Below are positions 12,756-26,291 of a stretch of 64,000 nt of DNA, one piece after another. The notes under the pieces were generated by a model that worked only from the letters and a program-made list of their open reading frames with translations, was not told where the DNA came from and made no database searches. The position numbers and the translations under genes are program-made. Source of the stretch: Squalus acanthias (taxonomy: Eukaryota); contig CM059431.1 of NCBI GenBank assembly GCA_030390025.1, positions 114,578,001 to 114,642,000 of the forward strand, read 5' to 3'. Position 1 is the stretch's first letter, and each line of letters starts with the position of its first letter.

Positions 12756-14311
12756 AGTGAGCTCGTATTCTCAGTGAAGCCACCAGGAAGCAGCACCTAG
12801 CAAAACTAAGCTGTTTCTTATCAAGCAGAGGCCGAGGAAGTGGTCACTTTCTTCCCTCTCAGCCACAGGATGGTATTTGCTGCAGAAAATCTAGGAGAGG
12901 TGACAAAATAGCTCAGAAGTGGGAGATCCGAAATATTAAATAAAACCATGCACTGGAACCTAAAAATAGTGGGGAGATTGGTCCTGAGTCTAAAGACAAG
13001 CTTAGCCTGTTCAAATTAGATTGTCCCAGTTGGGACTTTAGTCTCTCAGTCAAAGTTCAGATCATATTTCTTGTAAAAAGGCAGATTTCTCTGTTCTTCA
13101 AGAAATCTGAAACTGCAGTTGCTGAAAATCTGGAGTTTCAGATGCATTTTAATTTCTTCAAACTGCGTTGACTTAGTCGCTGCCTCTGTGGGTCAGATTT
13201 CCCTTAAAGTTCGATGTGCCGGAGAATGAGTTTGTATGGAACTGAACTCAAACATCCCAAACCAAGGCAAATTGATTCTTCCCAACCTGATATTAATGCT
13301 TGCTGCATCTTGTCTCATGTTTTAACCGCAATAAATATGCATTAGGTTTCCTTTTTCTCATTCAAAGCTACCAGATGCTGAATGTGCAAAAATGCATTTT
13401 AAACATATCTAAATCTTCAAGAATAGAAATGATGTGTACTGCGTTTCAGGATTTAAAATCACCTTGCTTTTTTTTCCAAGGTCTCCCCTTGTATAAAAGC
13501 TTGCCTCAGAAAACCATTTTTATTTCCAAGGTTGTATCAGCCATTATCAGATTATTTTGATTGTTTCTGCCCTTCTTACCCCAGATACTTCAGCTTCTGT
13601 TAAATAATGAAATATCACTATCTAAATAACATTCAGAGTTAGTTATAATAATGGAATTTATATTTATTCAGTTTTCAATACTCAATGAATTATTCCATAT
13701 ACATGACTGTGAGGCAAGATGCAGCAAGCATTGGAAGGAATATTCTTATTGGTGAGTCTTAGCTGCCTATATTTTCACTCGCCTTGATATCTAAGTAAGG
13801 TTTTGATAGCAAGTCCAGGATAACAAACTGAAAATCTTTCTGTAAATCACTTTAGCTATTGGATCTATCCTATGTTTCTGTAGCAGCTCTGCCACACGTC
13901 ACAACAACAGTAGAGTGTCACAACAACTGAGCTCATTTCGGTTTTTAACTAACTAGTGAATGTATTGAACAATAGGTGAACATGTGATATGTAAGAGTAA
14001 TACAATACATTTACAGTAGCTACCATATTAAACAACTTCAGAAACAAGGAACGGTCACAATCTGTACGCTAAGCTCTTGTAATAACCTTTGTAAATGGTA
14101 CAGCAACTTCAGTCGGAGGGCAGATGCGCGGTTAAATGCCAATAACCAAAAGTTGCTGTCCGAGTTGCGCCACTCCGCTGTGAGCTTTGCTTTCAAATAT
14201 GGCTTGGCTGCTCCCTCAAGCTTTGAGCAACTGACAAAACTTTGCAACATATTCATCAAATAAGGCTGGGGATATAATTCTAGCTGTAATTAGTTTTTAA
14301 ACTCCATTAAT

Positions 14312-14558
14312 GGGGCTGGATTTTCCTCTTTAGCACTTGGGCGTAAAACATTGCATGGGTGGACTGCTTCTAGGAAAGATTGCTCAGATGGATCATACAT
14401 TTTGGCACAGCCCACACAGCCCATAACAAATGGATTTTCTGTCCATTTAAATTAATGGACACTAAATCCAAGCAGGCTGGATTATGAGTGTGCAATCCTC
14501 CCCACCTGATTTTGCTATATGCCCTCCATCCAAGTGCTAAAGAGCGAAATCTGCACCC
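14312..14558. mobile_element. Decayed fold-back MITE
   Basis: CTCTTTAGCACTTGG / CCAAGTGCTAAAGAG subterminal inverted repeat inside GGG..GATTT termini. Confidence 0.7.
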
Positions 14559-15160
14559 TTATGCAGTGTCACTAAACTAACGGAACTGTTACAAAGCTGA
14601 GATTCGATAAAATGCTTTATTGGCATTCCAACTGCAATTTTGGTGTTGGTGTTAAATATTATGAATGATGAGCACTTCCCCTCAGATAGCTCATAAAAAT
14701 ATATATATATATTTTAAAAGTACAACACAGAACAATAAATTTTTCAAACAAAACCTCAATTAGAGGCCTCTTTCTACATTCATTCACCCACACACAATGG
14801 ACTTTGCACAAGCTCACACCTATCTTTCAGTGGCATCAGTCAATTTACAGACCAATCATAAGCTGCCTGTTATCAATCTCCATTGAATAGTATGGCAGAG
14901 AGTAGGATAGTGACAAAAACAGCACAAGTGCTGAATTGGTGGTGTGGCAGCCATGAAGTCTACCAAACATTTTCCTAACATTGGTCAGCGTTTTCCGGGG
15001 GGTCAGCGGGCACGATCGATGGCGGGTCGGGTGGGCAACTTTTTTTTCCCCAGCGGGTCAGGACCTCGCTGTGAACCCGCCACCACGCGCCTTTCCCAAT
15101 GTTGGGTCTGTCAGTACTGAGCAGACCTGACATGCAGCAGCAGGGGACCCAATTCAGGTA

Positions 15161-16709
15161 ACATAGAAACATAGAAACATAGGAGCAGGAGTAGGCCATT
15201 CGGCCCTTCGAGCCTGCTCCGCCATTCAATATGATCATGGCTGATCCTCTATCTCAATACCATATTCCCGCTCTCTCCCCATACCCCTTGATGCCTTTTG
15301 TGTCTAGAAATCTATATATCTCCTTCTTAAATATATTCAGTGACTTGGCCTCCACAGCCTTCTGTGGTAGAGAATTCCACAGGTTCAACACCCTCTGAGT
15401 GAAGAAATTTCTCCTCATCTCAGCCCTAAATGTCCTACCCCGTATCCTGAGACTGTGACCCCTCGTTCTAGACCCCCCAGCCAGGGGAAACATCCTCCCT
15501 GCATCCAGTCTGTCTAGCCCTGTTAGAATTTTATACGTTTCAATGAGATCCCCTCTCATTCTTCTAAACTCTAGTGAATACAGGCCTAGTCGACCCAATC
15601 TCTCCTCATAAGACAGTCCTGCCATCCCAGGAATCAGTCTGGTGAACCTTCGCTGCACTCCCTCTATGGCAAGTATATCCTTTCTTAGGTAAGGAGACCA
15701 AAACTGCACACAGTACTCCAGGTGTGGTCTCACCAAGGCCCTGTACAACTGTCGTAAGACATCCTTGCTCCTGTACTCAAATCCTCTTGCAATGAAGGCC
15801 AACATACCATTTGCCTTCCTAACTGCTTGCTGCACCTACATGTTTGCTTTCAGTGACTGGTGTACAAAGACACCCAGGTCCCTTTGTACATCAGCATTTC
15901 CCAATCTAGCACCATTTAAATAATACTCTACCTTTCTGTTTTTCCTACTGAAGTGGATAACTTCACATTTATCCACGTTATACTACATCTGCCATGTATT
16001 TGCCCACTCACTCAACTTGTCTAAATCGCCTTGAAGCCACTTTGCATCCTCCTCACAACTCACAATCCCACCTAGTTTTGTGTCGTCAGCAAACTTGGAA
16101 ATATTACATTTGGTTCCCTCATCCAAATCATTGATATATATTGTGAATAGCTGGGGCCCAAGCACTGATCCCTGCGGTACCCCACTAGTCACCGCCTGCC
16201 ACCCCGAAAAAGACCCATTTATTCCTACTCTCTGTTTCCTGTCTGTTAACCAATTTTCAATCCATGCCAGTATATTACCCCCAATCCCATGTGCTTTAAT
16301 TTTGCACACTAACCTCTTATGTGGGACTTTATCAAAGGCCGTCTGAAAATCCAAATACACCACATCCACTGGATCTCCCTTATCTATTCTACCAGTTACA
16401 TCCTCAAAAAACTGCAGTAGGTTTGTCAAACACGATTTCCCTTTCATAAATCCATGCTGACTTTGTCCAATCCCGTTGATATTTTCTAAGTGTCCTGTTA
16501 TCACATCCTTTATAATAGACTCTAGCATTTTCCCTACTACTGATGTTAGGCTAACCGATCTGTAGTTCCCTGTTTTCTCTCTCCCTCTTTTAAATAGTGG
16601 GGTTACATTTGCCACCCTCCAATCTGCAGGAACTGTTCCATAATCTATAGAATTTTGGAAGATGACAACCAATGCCTCCACTATTTCCATGGCTACCTCT
16701 TTTAGTACC
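15161..16709 (-). mobile_element. CR1 (HER1-like) LINE, 5'-truncated, RT domain + 3' end
   Basis: ORFs 15983..16690 ([26 protein letters not shown]) and 15254..15835, separated by in-frame stops; 3' hairpin and (TTCTATGT)n tail; AGGTAA on both flanks. Confidence 0.96.
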
Positions 16710-17766
16710 TCTTTTAGGTAATTAGTGGCTTGTTTAGAGCCACTTAAGAATGATTTTCAGCTTACCTTTTGCATTTGACAGTTCGCCCACGGGGTTCACG
16801 CTGGTCATGGACCATGTCTGTCAAGCTGAGGCGGGGAGGTCAGTGGCCATTGAATCAGCTGTTGAGTTGACAGCTTCAAATGTAAAGTAAAAGCTCCCAC
16901 CTTTCAGAGATATCTTCCCTCAGCCACAAGCTCTTCCTCAGTGCATTTCCACAACAGATTTACCATGCTGCAAGTCTTTACACAAGTCTCCATCCAGTCT
17001 GACCTCATTACCTCTCTCACCATTGACAGATCGCTTCTGTCATCTCTACTTCACCTGCCATCTATTCCATCAGCATGGGTGCCCTTTTTTTTATACTCTA
17101 TCACCTTGGTCCTCAGAATCCCACCACGATCAGCCCCAACACCAGCAGCACCAGGCACACCAGCCGCACCAACAACAACACCAACCTTCCCCGCAGTTAA
17201 CTGATGCTGCACAGGGCATCAGCACCTGGCCACATTGCTGCCCATGCTCACCATGGCCAGATTTACTTTACTTGATGCTGTACACCTTGGCTGCTACATG
17301 ATGCGCCAGGTTGGCACCACCCCACATCAACACCATAAAGTATCCCGACAATGCCCAAGCCATTCCTTTCATACTCATCACCATTGCGGGGGGTAACATT
17401 ATGTCTCACCATTCACTGCAACTCACTAAGCCACTTCCAAAGGTGCACACAAATCTGTCCAAGAACGCAAAGTGTTGAAAATAAAGGTTTCAATGTTTGA
17501 CACCACATTAACAGAAACTTTACATGAACATTGCATAAAACACCCAAATACATACCCTTGTGTGTTGTTAGTTGGCATGATTGCACCAGGATAAGGGTGA
17601 GTGTGAGGGGTGGCTAGTGAGAAGGGGATGTGATAATATAGATAGAGAGGGATGGGTAGAGGTGCAAGGTAAGCTGGTGTGAGTAAGGATGTGCAGGAGT
17701 AGGATAGGGAAGGCAGAGTGATGGGGATGTGATGAGAGGCAGAGCAGAATGAGTTTAAGTGTGGCT

Positions 17767-18006
17767 TTATACTAACGTTTCGAGATCATTGACAGGTTTG
17801 CGGCACTGCACCCAAGTCCTCCTGACCACATCCCCGCTTGTGCCCTCCTGTGCAATGTGCAACCAGGCTGTATTGATCTCCTGGGGAGGTCTCTTCCGCC
17901 CATGGGAAGGGAAGAGGACCTCCCTGCGTGCTGTGGCTCCCTCCATAAGCATATGGAGGGAGTCATGGGAGAGTCTGGGTGCAGCCCTGCACATCTGTGC
18001 AGTCAT
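17767..18006 (-). pseudogene. Harbinger Myb/SANT exon 1 remnant
   Basis: RAAPRLSHDSLHMLMEG...RREVLF...AWLHIAQE...RRTWVQCRKPVNDL matches the Myb/SANT-like pattern; TTAAAGGG box upstream (about 18079-18086, - strand). Confidence 0.85.
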
Positions 18007-21000
18007 TGTCAGTGTTTGCACCACCTCAATGCTGTAGAACACTGACAGCACAAATGTCAAAATAAATTTGGACATGGTCCCTTTAAGGAAACCGGCTGAT
18101 GACGCGTCATCAAATTACGTCACCAGACCCGCTTCCTGTAATTGGCCAGGAACCGCGCTGGGCGGGCTTAACAAGCCCCATCAAGGGAAATTCATTTGAC
18201 AGAGCGAGATGGAGCCAGCAGCTGGGTCGGGACCCGCCACTGACGTCGCCCGCCACGGACCCATCGAGATCAGCAAAATCGCGGCCATTGTTTCTGATAA
18301 GCTTCAGATTTGGCCCCACAAGACTTTTGGCTTGCAACATTCTTTAATATAAATGGTGTCTCATTTTCCCCCTAAAATGATCCACAATACAGTAAAACAT
18401 GGTAGAATTTACACAATTCAATGGCAGCTCTTAAATACATTATTCATATTATGCACGCCCATTCGTGTCTAAGATATGATGAAAAATGTTTGTTGATAAA
18501 ATGCAGTACATCATTTATTAATATATGCCCATTTACCCAATCAACTTTCTACAAACCAGTTGCATTTAAAATGCTTGTTTTTGCAGTTATTAAATGTATT
18601 TCTTGGACATAGTGGCTTATGGTACTAGTGCACAAAACTCGGGATGATTAAGACTAAAGATAGACCATACGATGCTATTCCTTGTCTCCTTAAAGACTTT
18701 ATTGTTCAGTTCGATGGAACTACGATTTTTGTCATTGTGAATCTAAGCATTTTCACTTTTCACATCAACAAAACTTTTTTCTCTCTATTTGCATAAGCAA
18801 CATGCCAATGCCCATATTTGCAGCAAGATATGCTCATTTTCAACGCACATCATACATAAAAAGGTTGTGGTCCATGCCTTAGAATACTTATTTAAATTCT
18901 TTTACAATAGGAAGCTGTACATTCAGAGGTGTTTTACCTAAACAAAGAGGTGACCACACAACTCAGGACAAAGACTCCTGTACATGGTTTAGATTTATTT
19001 TTTGGAAAAAATAAATATTGGAAGGGATGGGCTATTAAACATTTGCTTGCTCCATGCACACATTCTTCTCATGCACAAGAGTGAAACAGGCACATTGATG
19101 GACAAGCCTCCCTCAGCACATTACTGGCTCATTTGAATATTGTGATATTCTTATATTTATAAAGTGCCAACGAGGAATAGTTGTGCCTGCACAAACACAC
19201 ACAGATGAAAATTGGGGGCCATATTTTTGAATTTGTTTTAAATAAAATCATTTGAAAATTTGCCAAATGTTGTAATGTTTATAATTTCCATTCTCCCTTC
19301 TGGTTGTCAGGGTGTACAACTGTGATGACATTATCAAAGAGTTGTCAATCAAGCTAAACTGCAATTATTGTTCATCACAAAATTAGTCCATTTATCATCA
19401 TAACAATGTATTCAATGTCTTGCATAACCCTTGTGCTCGACATTAAATAAAGTCTGGGTTGGCAACTCTGCCCAGACACTTCAGTCACGTGTGTAAAGCT
19501 GCCAAATCGAGCAGAATTGTTTCAGTTGTTGCCATTTCCTAATATTACTGGCTGATTGACTGCTTGCAAGACAACAACACAGCTTTAATTGAGAATTCTG
19601 TGTACTACAGAAAGCTCATACATGAATGAATACAGAATTCTTGCACTATGTGCCATACTCAAGAGAGCTCATTGTTAGCTGGTCAGATTTAAACCTAGGG
19701 AAAGCCAAAGGAATCTTATCGTATGAAACACAGATAAAAAAATCCCAGGGTCAGAAAACAGCAACTGGGGTAATGTGCAAATGTAAGCCTAGAAATGGAC
19801 ATAGACATCATAACAGATGGTTGCTGTCTTCCACTGCATTAGACCAGATAACTTCACCATGTGCATTCACAATGGCAGTTGTACACAGAGATGCTCCATC
19901 AAACTTGTTCAGCAAGAATAACATTTTGTAAAGATAGCTATTGTAACACAGGTATCAGGAACTTTGGGCAATAACATGCATTTTAAACTCGAAGCGGTGG
20001 TTACAGCTGAGAAAATTGAGATGGTAACTATTGCAATTGATCTCAGCAATGAATGTTGTGCCAAAGAAGTTATAGCAACCTTTATGGTAGGTAACAGTTA
20101 AAGGAAATAGTCCTAATAATATATATTGGCAGGAAGTCGTGCATCATTGAGGCTAATTACCTGGTACTGCTAGGCATCGATGTATTTAATTTTGATGTGT
20201 ATATCATAGAAACATTAATGTATGTTGAAGAATGAGAACATTTTCAAAAACCTGAGGCAGGGAGTAGATACATTGCTAACACATTAATATACTTTAATCT
20301 AGTTGGATTTACGTGCTGATGAATACGAATTACATCAAATGTGTATTCCGCTATGTAAAATGCATTATTTTACTCCTTTCTGAGTCATTTTTAAGAAAAA
20401 GTTAAAGCAAATCGATAGTTAGACAAAGCCGTGACAGAGGAACAATCTGCGGTCCTTAGTAATGATTCTTAGCTATTATTTTTCTGATTTTTGATTTGTG
20501 TGCAGACCAATTTGAGGCAAGTCAATAAAATCAATTTTAATTTCTGATTTGATTGTTAATTTTGTACACGCATGCAGTCAACAAGCTGGTTCAGGAAACT
20601 AATGAGTGCAAATAGAGATAACTGAGATATTGCTTTTGGTGTATGTGCATTGTTATTGATTTGTCCAAACATTTTCCTTTTTCGGGAGTAGCCTTTAGAT
20701 TCCAGTTAGAAAATGGAAATAAGTAGCACATTCTAACCAGCACTTGTACGGTCACTGCAGACACTACTCAGAGAAAATGAAACTTGCCATCTCTCATGTG
20801 AACGTGTAATATTGAGATGTTCACTGATTTTAAAGTACTTCAGAAAGAGAATGCATATATTAATGGGTCATTTTCTGGTGAGGGAATTGTCCAGCCTGCC
20901 CAATTTGGGCAGCAGGGGATCAGGAAATTCAGTGTTGCATGATGCTGCTCATAGAAATCCTTGCCATATCTAGTACATTGTCCATTTTAATATTTAAATC

Positions 21001-21719
21001 AGGCCTTAATGAATGGAAATTGGAGCACATACAATTTTCTATTGTTTTCGATGGAATCTCACTCTGCACTCAATGACCTGTAAAGAGAAGTTCATGCATA
21101 ATGGATCCTTAAATGGGCACAGGTTGTTTTCAATGAATACGTTCATTTCTTTCAATGGCTTTTTTTTTGTTATCCTTTCCTGATGGTTTTTCACATTATT
21201 TTTGTCTGTTGTATTTTGTTTTGTGTTGTTTTGGGGGTTTTTCCCACTTTTAGAACATATTTGAAATGTTTGCGTGGGAACAAAAACAGAGGAATATTAT
21301 CTAGAAAATTCCCAGGCAGGCCCACTATAATTTACGACAGTCAAGTGGGCATGAAAAGCATCTCTTACAATACAAAATTCACTCCAGTTCAGGGAGCAAC
21401 AAGCCTTCTGACTTCAAACCACAAAGTCTTGTGCCGGTTCACGGAACAATTTAAAATGAATGATCAGCATTGTTTTTAAAGTGCCCCAATTGCAGGATTA
21501 TATCATCATTGAGTTGGTAAGGTTCCTTTTGGTCTTGTTAAGAAAAGAAAGAACTTGCATTTATATGGAGCCTTTCAGGGCCTCAGGATGTCCCAAAGCA
21601 CTTTACAGGCAATGAAGTACTTTGGAAGAGAGGTCACTGTTGTAATAGAACTTTTTTTTGCTTATGTTGAGCTTCTGTTAGTTTGATTGGACCATATGTT
21701 TCCTTCTTATATTTGTTTT

Positions 21720-23045
21720 GCCCTTAAAGGGGTATTTGTGTTGACTCTTGTTAGGTGACACTGGAGCCCAATTACAGGCTTGCATGATTGAAGTGGCAGG
21801 TTCCGGCTCTCCATGGAGCCAGTTGCAAAGTTGTATCTCCTGCTTCAAGGATACCTATAGCCAATCTGCGCCATGAGGATGGCACTGCAGGTTGCAGTCA
21901 AGGTTACCATCACCCTCAGCATTTCTGCCTTCACTTCCTTCCAGTCTTACATTGGGTTAATCTACAGTATCAACCAATGTTCCGTCTACACATGTAGCAA
22001 ACCAGTGACTGATCCGCTGATCGGCACTTTCATCTTCTTTCTGACAGAAGCATGGCAGGACGACGAAATTTCATTGCACCACTGCATTTCTCAATAAGCA
22101 GAGGGTGATTGATGGCAGCCATGTGGCCATCCAAGCAGCTGGTTCCTGCTCTTCCGCTGGCAACAGGTTGGCAGGCAACACTTTGTCACAAACATACTTG
22201 GGTCATTTACCGGCTAAACAGTTCTGTACCTTGATAGTTCCCTTAAGGTGTGTTATCTTCTTCCACAGGTCTACGCATTGAGTCTTGCTGTAACCTCCTG
22301 CCAGAACTTCTGCAGTGCAGCCCTCTGGGGAGGATTTTGAGAACAAGGGGAAGGGGGAGGAGGGAACATACAATGAGCACACACAGAGAATGACCTGTAA
22401 AGTGCTTAGGTGGAGAACAGGAGATGGATAAGTAACAGAAGTCAGATGTCCATGAGACAAAATGAGGCCTCTATGCTCCCAGCTCAATGAATTCCGAGCT
22501 TGACATGCTGCTGAGCTCTTTTTCCGCTGCCTTTGCCTCCATGCCTATTTTTGTGGCCAAAAGGTTTCCCCCACTACCCTCCTCCCCCCCACCACCATAC
22601 ACATAACAGCCTTTATCCTGTATTCAGCCATTCTCTCATTACCCCTGCTTTTATACCACATGGTCAGCGCCCTAATATATGGTCCTTAAAGGGACGGCTA
22701 GTAACCACTCTACAAAAGGCTCAGACATTTTTGTGGAGCCGGGAGGAGCAGGAGGGCTCCTGCTGCCTCCACAAAATGTCTGCGGCCCACTGCCAGCGCG
22801 TGCTCTTCCCTCTCCGAGATCGACTTACCTCCGACCATTGGAGCATTGCAGCTAGCTGATTTCCCACCCTCCCACAACTGCCAGGCTGCAGTGGTACACC
22901 CACTTGGCACCAGTAGCTTGCCAGCTACATCCAAATAAGAGCCAAACCCGTAAATGGTTCGGGCCTCATGACGCCAACTTTGGACGGGCAGTGCAGCCAC
23001 TCCACCGACTTTGCGCCCATTTCAGCCAGAAGTCAAAATCCCCCC
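21720..23045. mobile_element. Highly decayed Harbinger element (transposase remnant +, Myb/SANT remnant -)
   Basis: ORF 21873..22097 (ALQVAVKVTITLSISAFTSFQ...SINQCSV...VTDPL) aligns by eye to the transposase at 29.7-30.0 kb. The minus strand at about 22240-22340 reads PPQRAALQKFWQEVTARLNA. TIR-like AAAATCCCCC at about 23036-23045. Confidence 0.7.
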
Positions 23046-25155
23046 ACCCCCATCTTGTTGAGATGTTTAATAATTTTGACAGTATTTTAGATTGGCCTTC
23101 TTCTGCTCTATATTAGTGAATCCAAAGGGATATTCTCCCAGATTCCCTCCCATTTCTTGTCTTCCTTTCCAATTCACACAGACAGACCCACAAATATTGC
23201 ATCTCAGATGCATTAATAACACACAATAATAAAAAGTACTTATAAAGTTCATAAATATATCTAGTTTTGATTTGATTATCCTTAAAAAAAACAACTGTAA
23301 TGTTGACAAGTGCAATAAAATTCTAATTTTATATAAAATGATTAATTTAGTGATGCATGAGAAGATCATCTTGAGGCATGCTATATGTAGACATGCCGCA
23401 AAGAGAAGTAGGTTAACGGAACCAAGATGAGGTCAGTCAAGACTTTCAACACCAAGATAAGTTCCAGTAATGATCCAAAGTATATTTATCCACCTGCAGT
23501 CCAGTGAATCTGATCCAAAAGTAAGTCCAGCTGGTTCAGGATTTGATCAGCTCAAATTTTATTTATGTCTTCCAGTGACAAAAACAGAAAATTGGAGCGG
23601 AGCCAACCTTTCACTTTGCTGTTGAGCAAGAGGAAGGAATAATGGTTTTAGTGGCTCTGATCTGGTTCTGATGTGATGGGAGGTCACTCATGCATCTCTG
23701 CTTTTAGCCTTCGCAGTAGGCTGTAAAGTGTTTCCGTTTTGGGGAGAGGGTTTTCCAGTCCGTGTGTCTTTGACATGTTTACTGGAGAAGAAACAGAGAA
23801 GTACATTTTATTTTGTCATCTCTCTTCTTCTTGAAGATCTATTCTTGTGAGAGAGTTGGGGAAAAAAGCTCCATACCAGCCGTGGTTGTAATAGCATTTA
23901 TTAATTGGTTAGACTTCTTTTCCCACTTTGGTTATAACCTTCAAAGCAAGCCAGTTTAAACTGTAAGGCAGCGGCTCATCATAACCATTTTTGTAAGAAG
24001 TCTAACTTAGTTTGACTCCATTGAGAAGTGTATAATAGTTTGGCTGAGAATAGAATTGTATCTAAAATGTTTTGATTGTCGTGTCTTAAGTATTACAGTC
24101 ATTTTATTATGAAATCATAAATTATAAAAGAGTACAGCTGCCTTTTTAAATCTTTGCTTAGAGAAGAAAATAACAGCAACAGTACTTATTTTGGATCATT
24201 GTTTACTGTTTGCTGGTTTACTGCAGGCACAGGTCTCCGACTGGTATCTGCACTTTACAAGGCATACTCTGCAAACCCAAGCTATACTGCCAACTGTGGG
24301 TTGCATTTGGGTAGGCCATGTGTCTGTGCGCAAAATTCAGTTCACCATAAAGCAATTTTTTAAATAGTAGGAGGGTGCAAGAGGGTGAATTCACTGAAGG
24401 TTAAAAACATTGAAAAGTAAGTTTATAACCTGGACACTTTTTAAATGCAGCTAAACACTGAGTTGGAGTTAAGATGCAAACTCAAGCCGGTTTGAGAGGG
24501 GCTCCTGGAGGAGCTCTCACACATCTTGGCTTTAATGCACTTGGGGCTTAGATTGGGACCAAATTATACTTCCACTTCTGCAGTGAAATCTATTCAAAAC
24601 CGCTTTGTGTCAATGCAAAACTGGTTGTATAACAGAACTTCAATTTGAAGCTTGAAGATGAGAGTACACAGACCCTGAATAGCACAATTAAAAGTTATGC
24701 TTTTTAACCAAGAGCAAAGCAGGTCATATAACTCATTCTTTCACAGTAGGCACGGGCTTGCTCTGTGAACCTGCTTACTTAGCAAAGAGAAGATAGTTGG
24801 AAGACACAGATACACACATTTTAACGACTGTTTTTGTGTTTCCTCCCACACTTGGGGCTTTAGATACTCAAAGGACTCTCTTTGTGAAGTAATTGTAGCT
24901 GGTACAAGGTAAAGATTTAAATTTTGCATGAAGGTGAATGTCAAGTTTATAAATAAATAAAAACAGGATAAAGCTTCCCATGGTCCCCTTATCCAGAAGT
25001 AGTTGTATCCATTCTAAAAGGACAAGGCATGAAGGAGCTCAGAAGAACTGTTAAGGCCAGTGCGATGTTAGGCAATGACATGCACAAAATGCAGAATGGA
25101 TAAAGTAAACAATCACATGGTGATCATGGACTAATATGTGGCCATTCTGAATATT

Positions 25156-25906
25156 GGCCCGTATTTTCCGATCAGAGGCTTCCTGCGTGCGTAGGCCTCC
25201 GATCTGGAAAAAATCTACGCCCTTACCTGAGGGCTCCAAAGGTCCGGCCATTTCCGCTCCTGGGCCTCTCCACGACGAAATGCGCAGGGCCCAGGTATCC
25301 CAGGGGCGCAAGCGGTTCACAAGTGTCCCTGGGATCACGTGGGCCATGGGGAGCCAATGGGAGAAGGGAATCTCCCTTCATATTTTTGACAGATAGACCT
25401 GTCAAAAGTATGAATGGAGAGCACCCCAAAAACACATCAAAACATTAAATAAAAAAAATTTTAAATCACATTTTTAAAATTAGTTAGAATTACATTCAAT
25501 TTTAAACAAAAATTTAATTTTTTGAAAAAAATTAAAGTTTTTTACAGGGCTAAAAATAAACTTACCTTTTTTTAAAGTATTTTTAAATTATAAATGAGTG
25601 GGGAAAAAAAATGATTTTACTTTTTTTAAACTCTTATGCTGGTAAAAGCAGGCCTTACACCTGCTTTTACCAGCCGTAAGATTTTTAAGGGATTCCAGCG
25701 AGCGGAGGTTCTGCAGAAAGCGGAACTCTCCACCCGCAGAGGCCCTTCTCCAGGGCAGGCATCCGATCTGTCAAAAGGATTCTTGACAGATCGGAAATGC
25801 CGGTTTTCAGCGCATACGCTTCGCATGCCTGAAACCGGCATTTGCGAGGTCCCTACGGATGTGTACACAGCTCGTACACACCCGTAGGGATCAGAAAATA
25901 CGGGCC
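25156..25906. mobile_element. Harbinger-type MITE, family A (inverted copy)
   Basis: GGCCCGTATTTTC...GAAAATACGGGCC; flanks ATT/AAT. Confidence 0.85.
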
Positions 25907-26291
25907 AATATGTTTGCACCATGAAAAAGTTATTGGCCTAGAAATTGGATATAGCCACGAAACGACCAGTGTTAAGGCCTAACGATGTTAAGCTGCACCA
26001 CCTCAAAATGGTCCAGGTAACAAGCAAAATTTGTGCTCACTCCTCATTAAAATTATTGTAGTCATGATTCTAATCTAAAAACTCAAGCTCATTGGCGTTA
26101 CACTGAAAAGCTGGACCAATATCGAGGGCAGTCTAATTGCAAGTTATAATTACCACAGGCTTTTTTCACTACTTAAAGGGAAGGTTCATTAATGCTGCAG
26201 CACCTTTTTGGCAGGATTGTTGGGTGTGCAAGCTGCCCCAACAACCATAAGAAGAAGGTCAAGGAGAAGGAAGAGTTCTGTACAAATCCTG

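Larger units (their letters stand above)
14983..18286. mobile_element. Non-autonomous Harbinger deletion derivative with nested CR1
   Basis: ATT on both flanks; imperfect GG-starting TIRs; Myb/SANT exon on - strand near the right end; possible transposase N-terminal remnant (Gln/His-rich, about 17075-17220, +). Confidence 0.72.

Noticed and set aside
15181..15192. AGGAGCAGGAGT shared between the CR1 3' UTR and the Harbinger hairpin
   Set aside because: Only a 12-nt low-complexity match with different pairing partners; no evidence of common origin.
19810..19925. Minus-strand peptide TTAIVNAHGEVIWS resembling a Cys-loop receptor segment
   Set aside because: Short, closed by stops, no convincing splice sites; likely chance.
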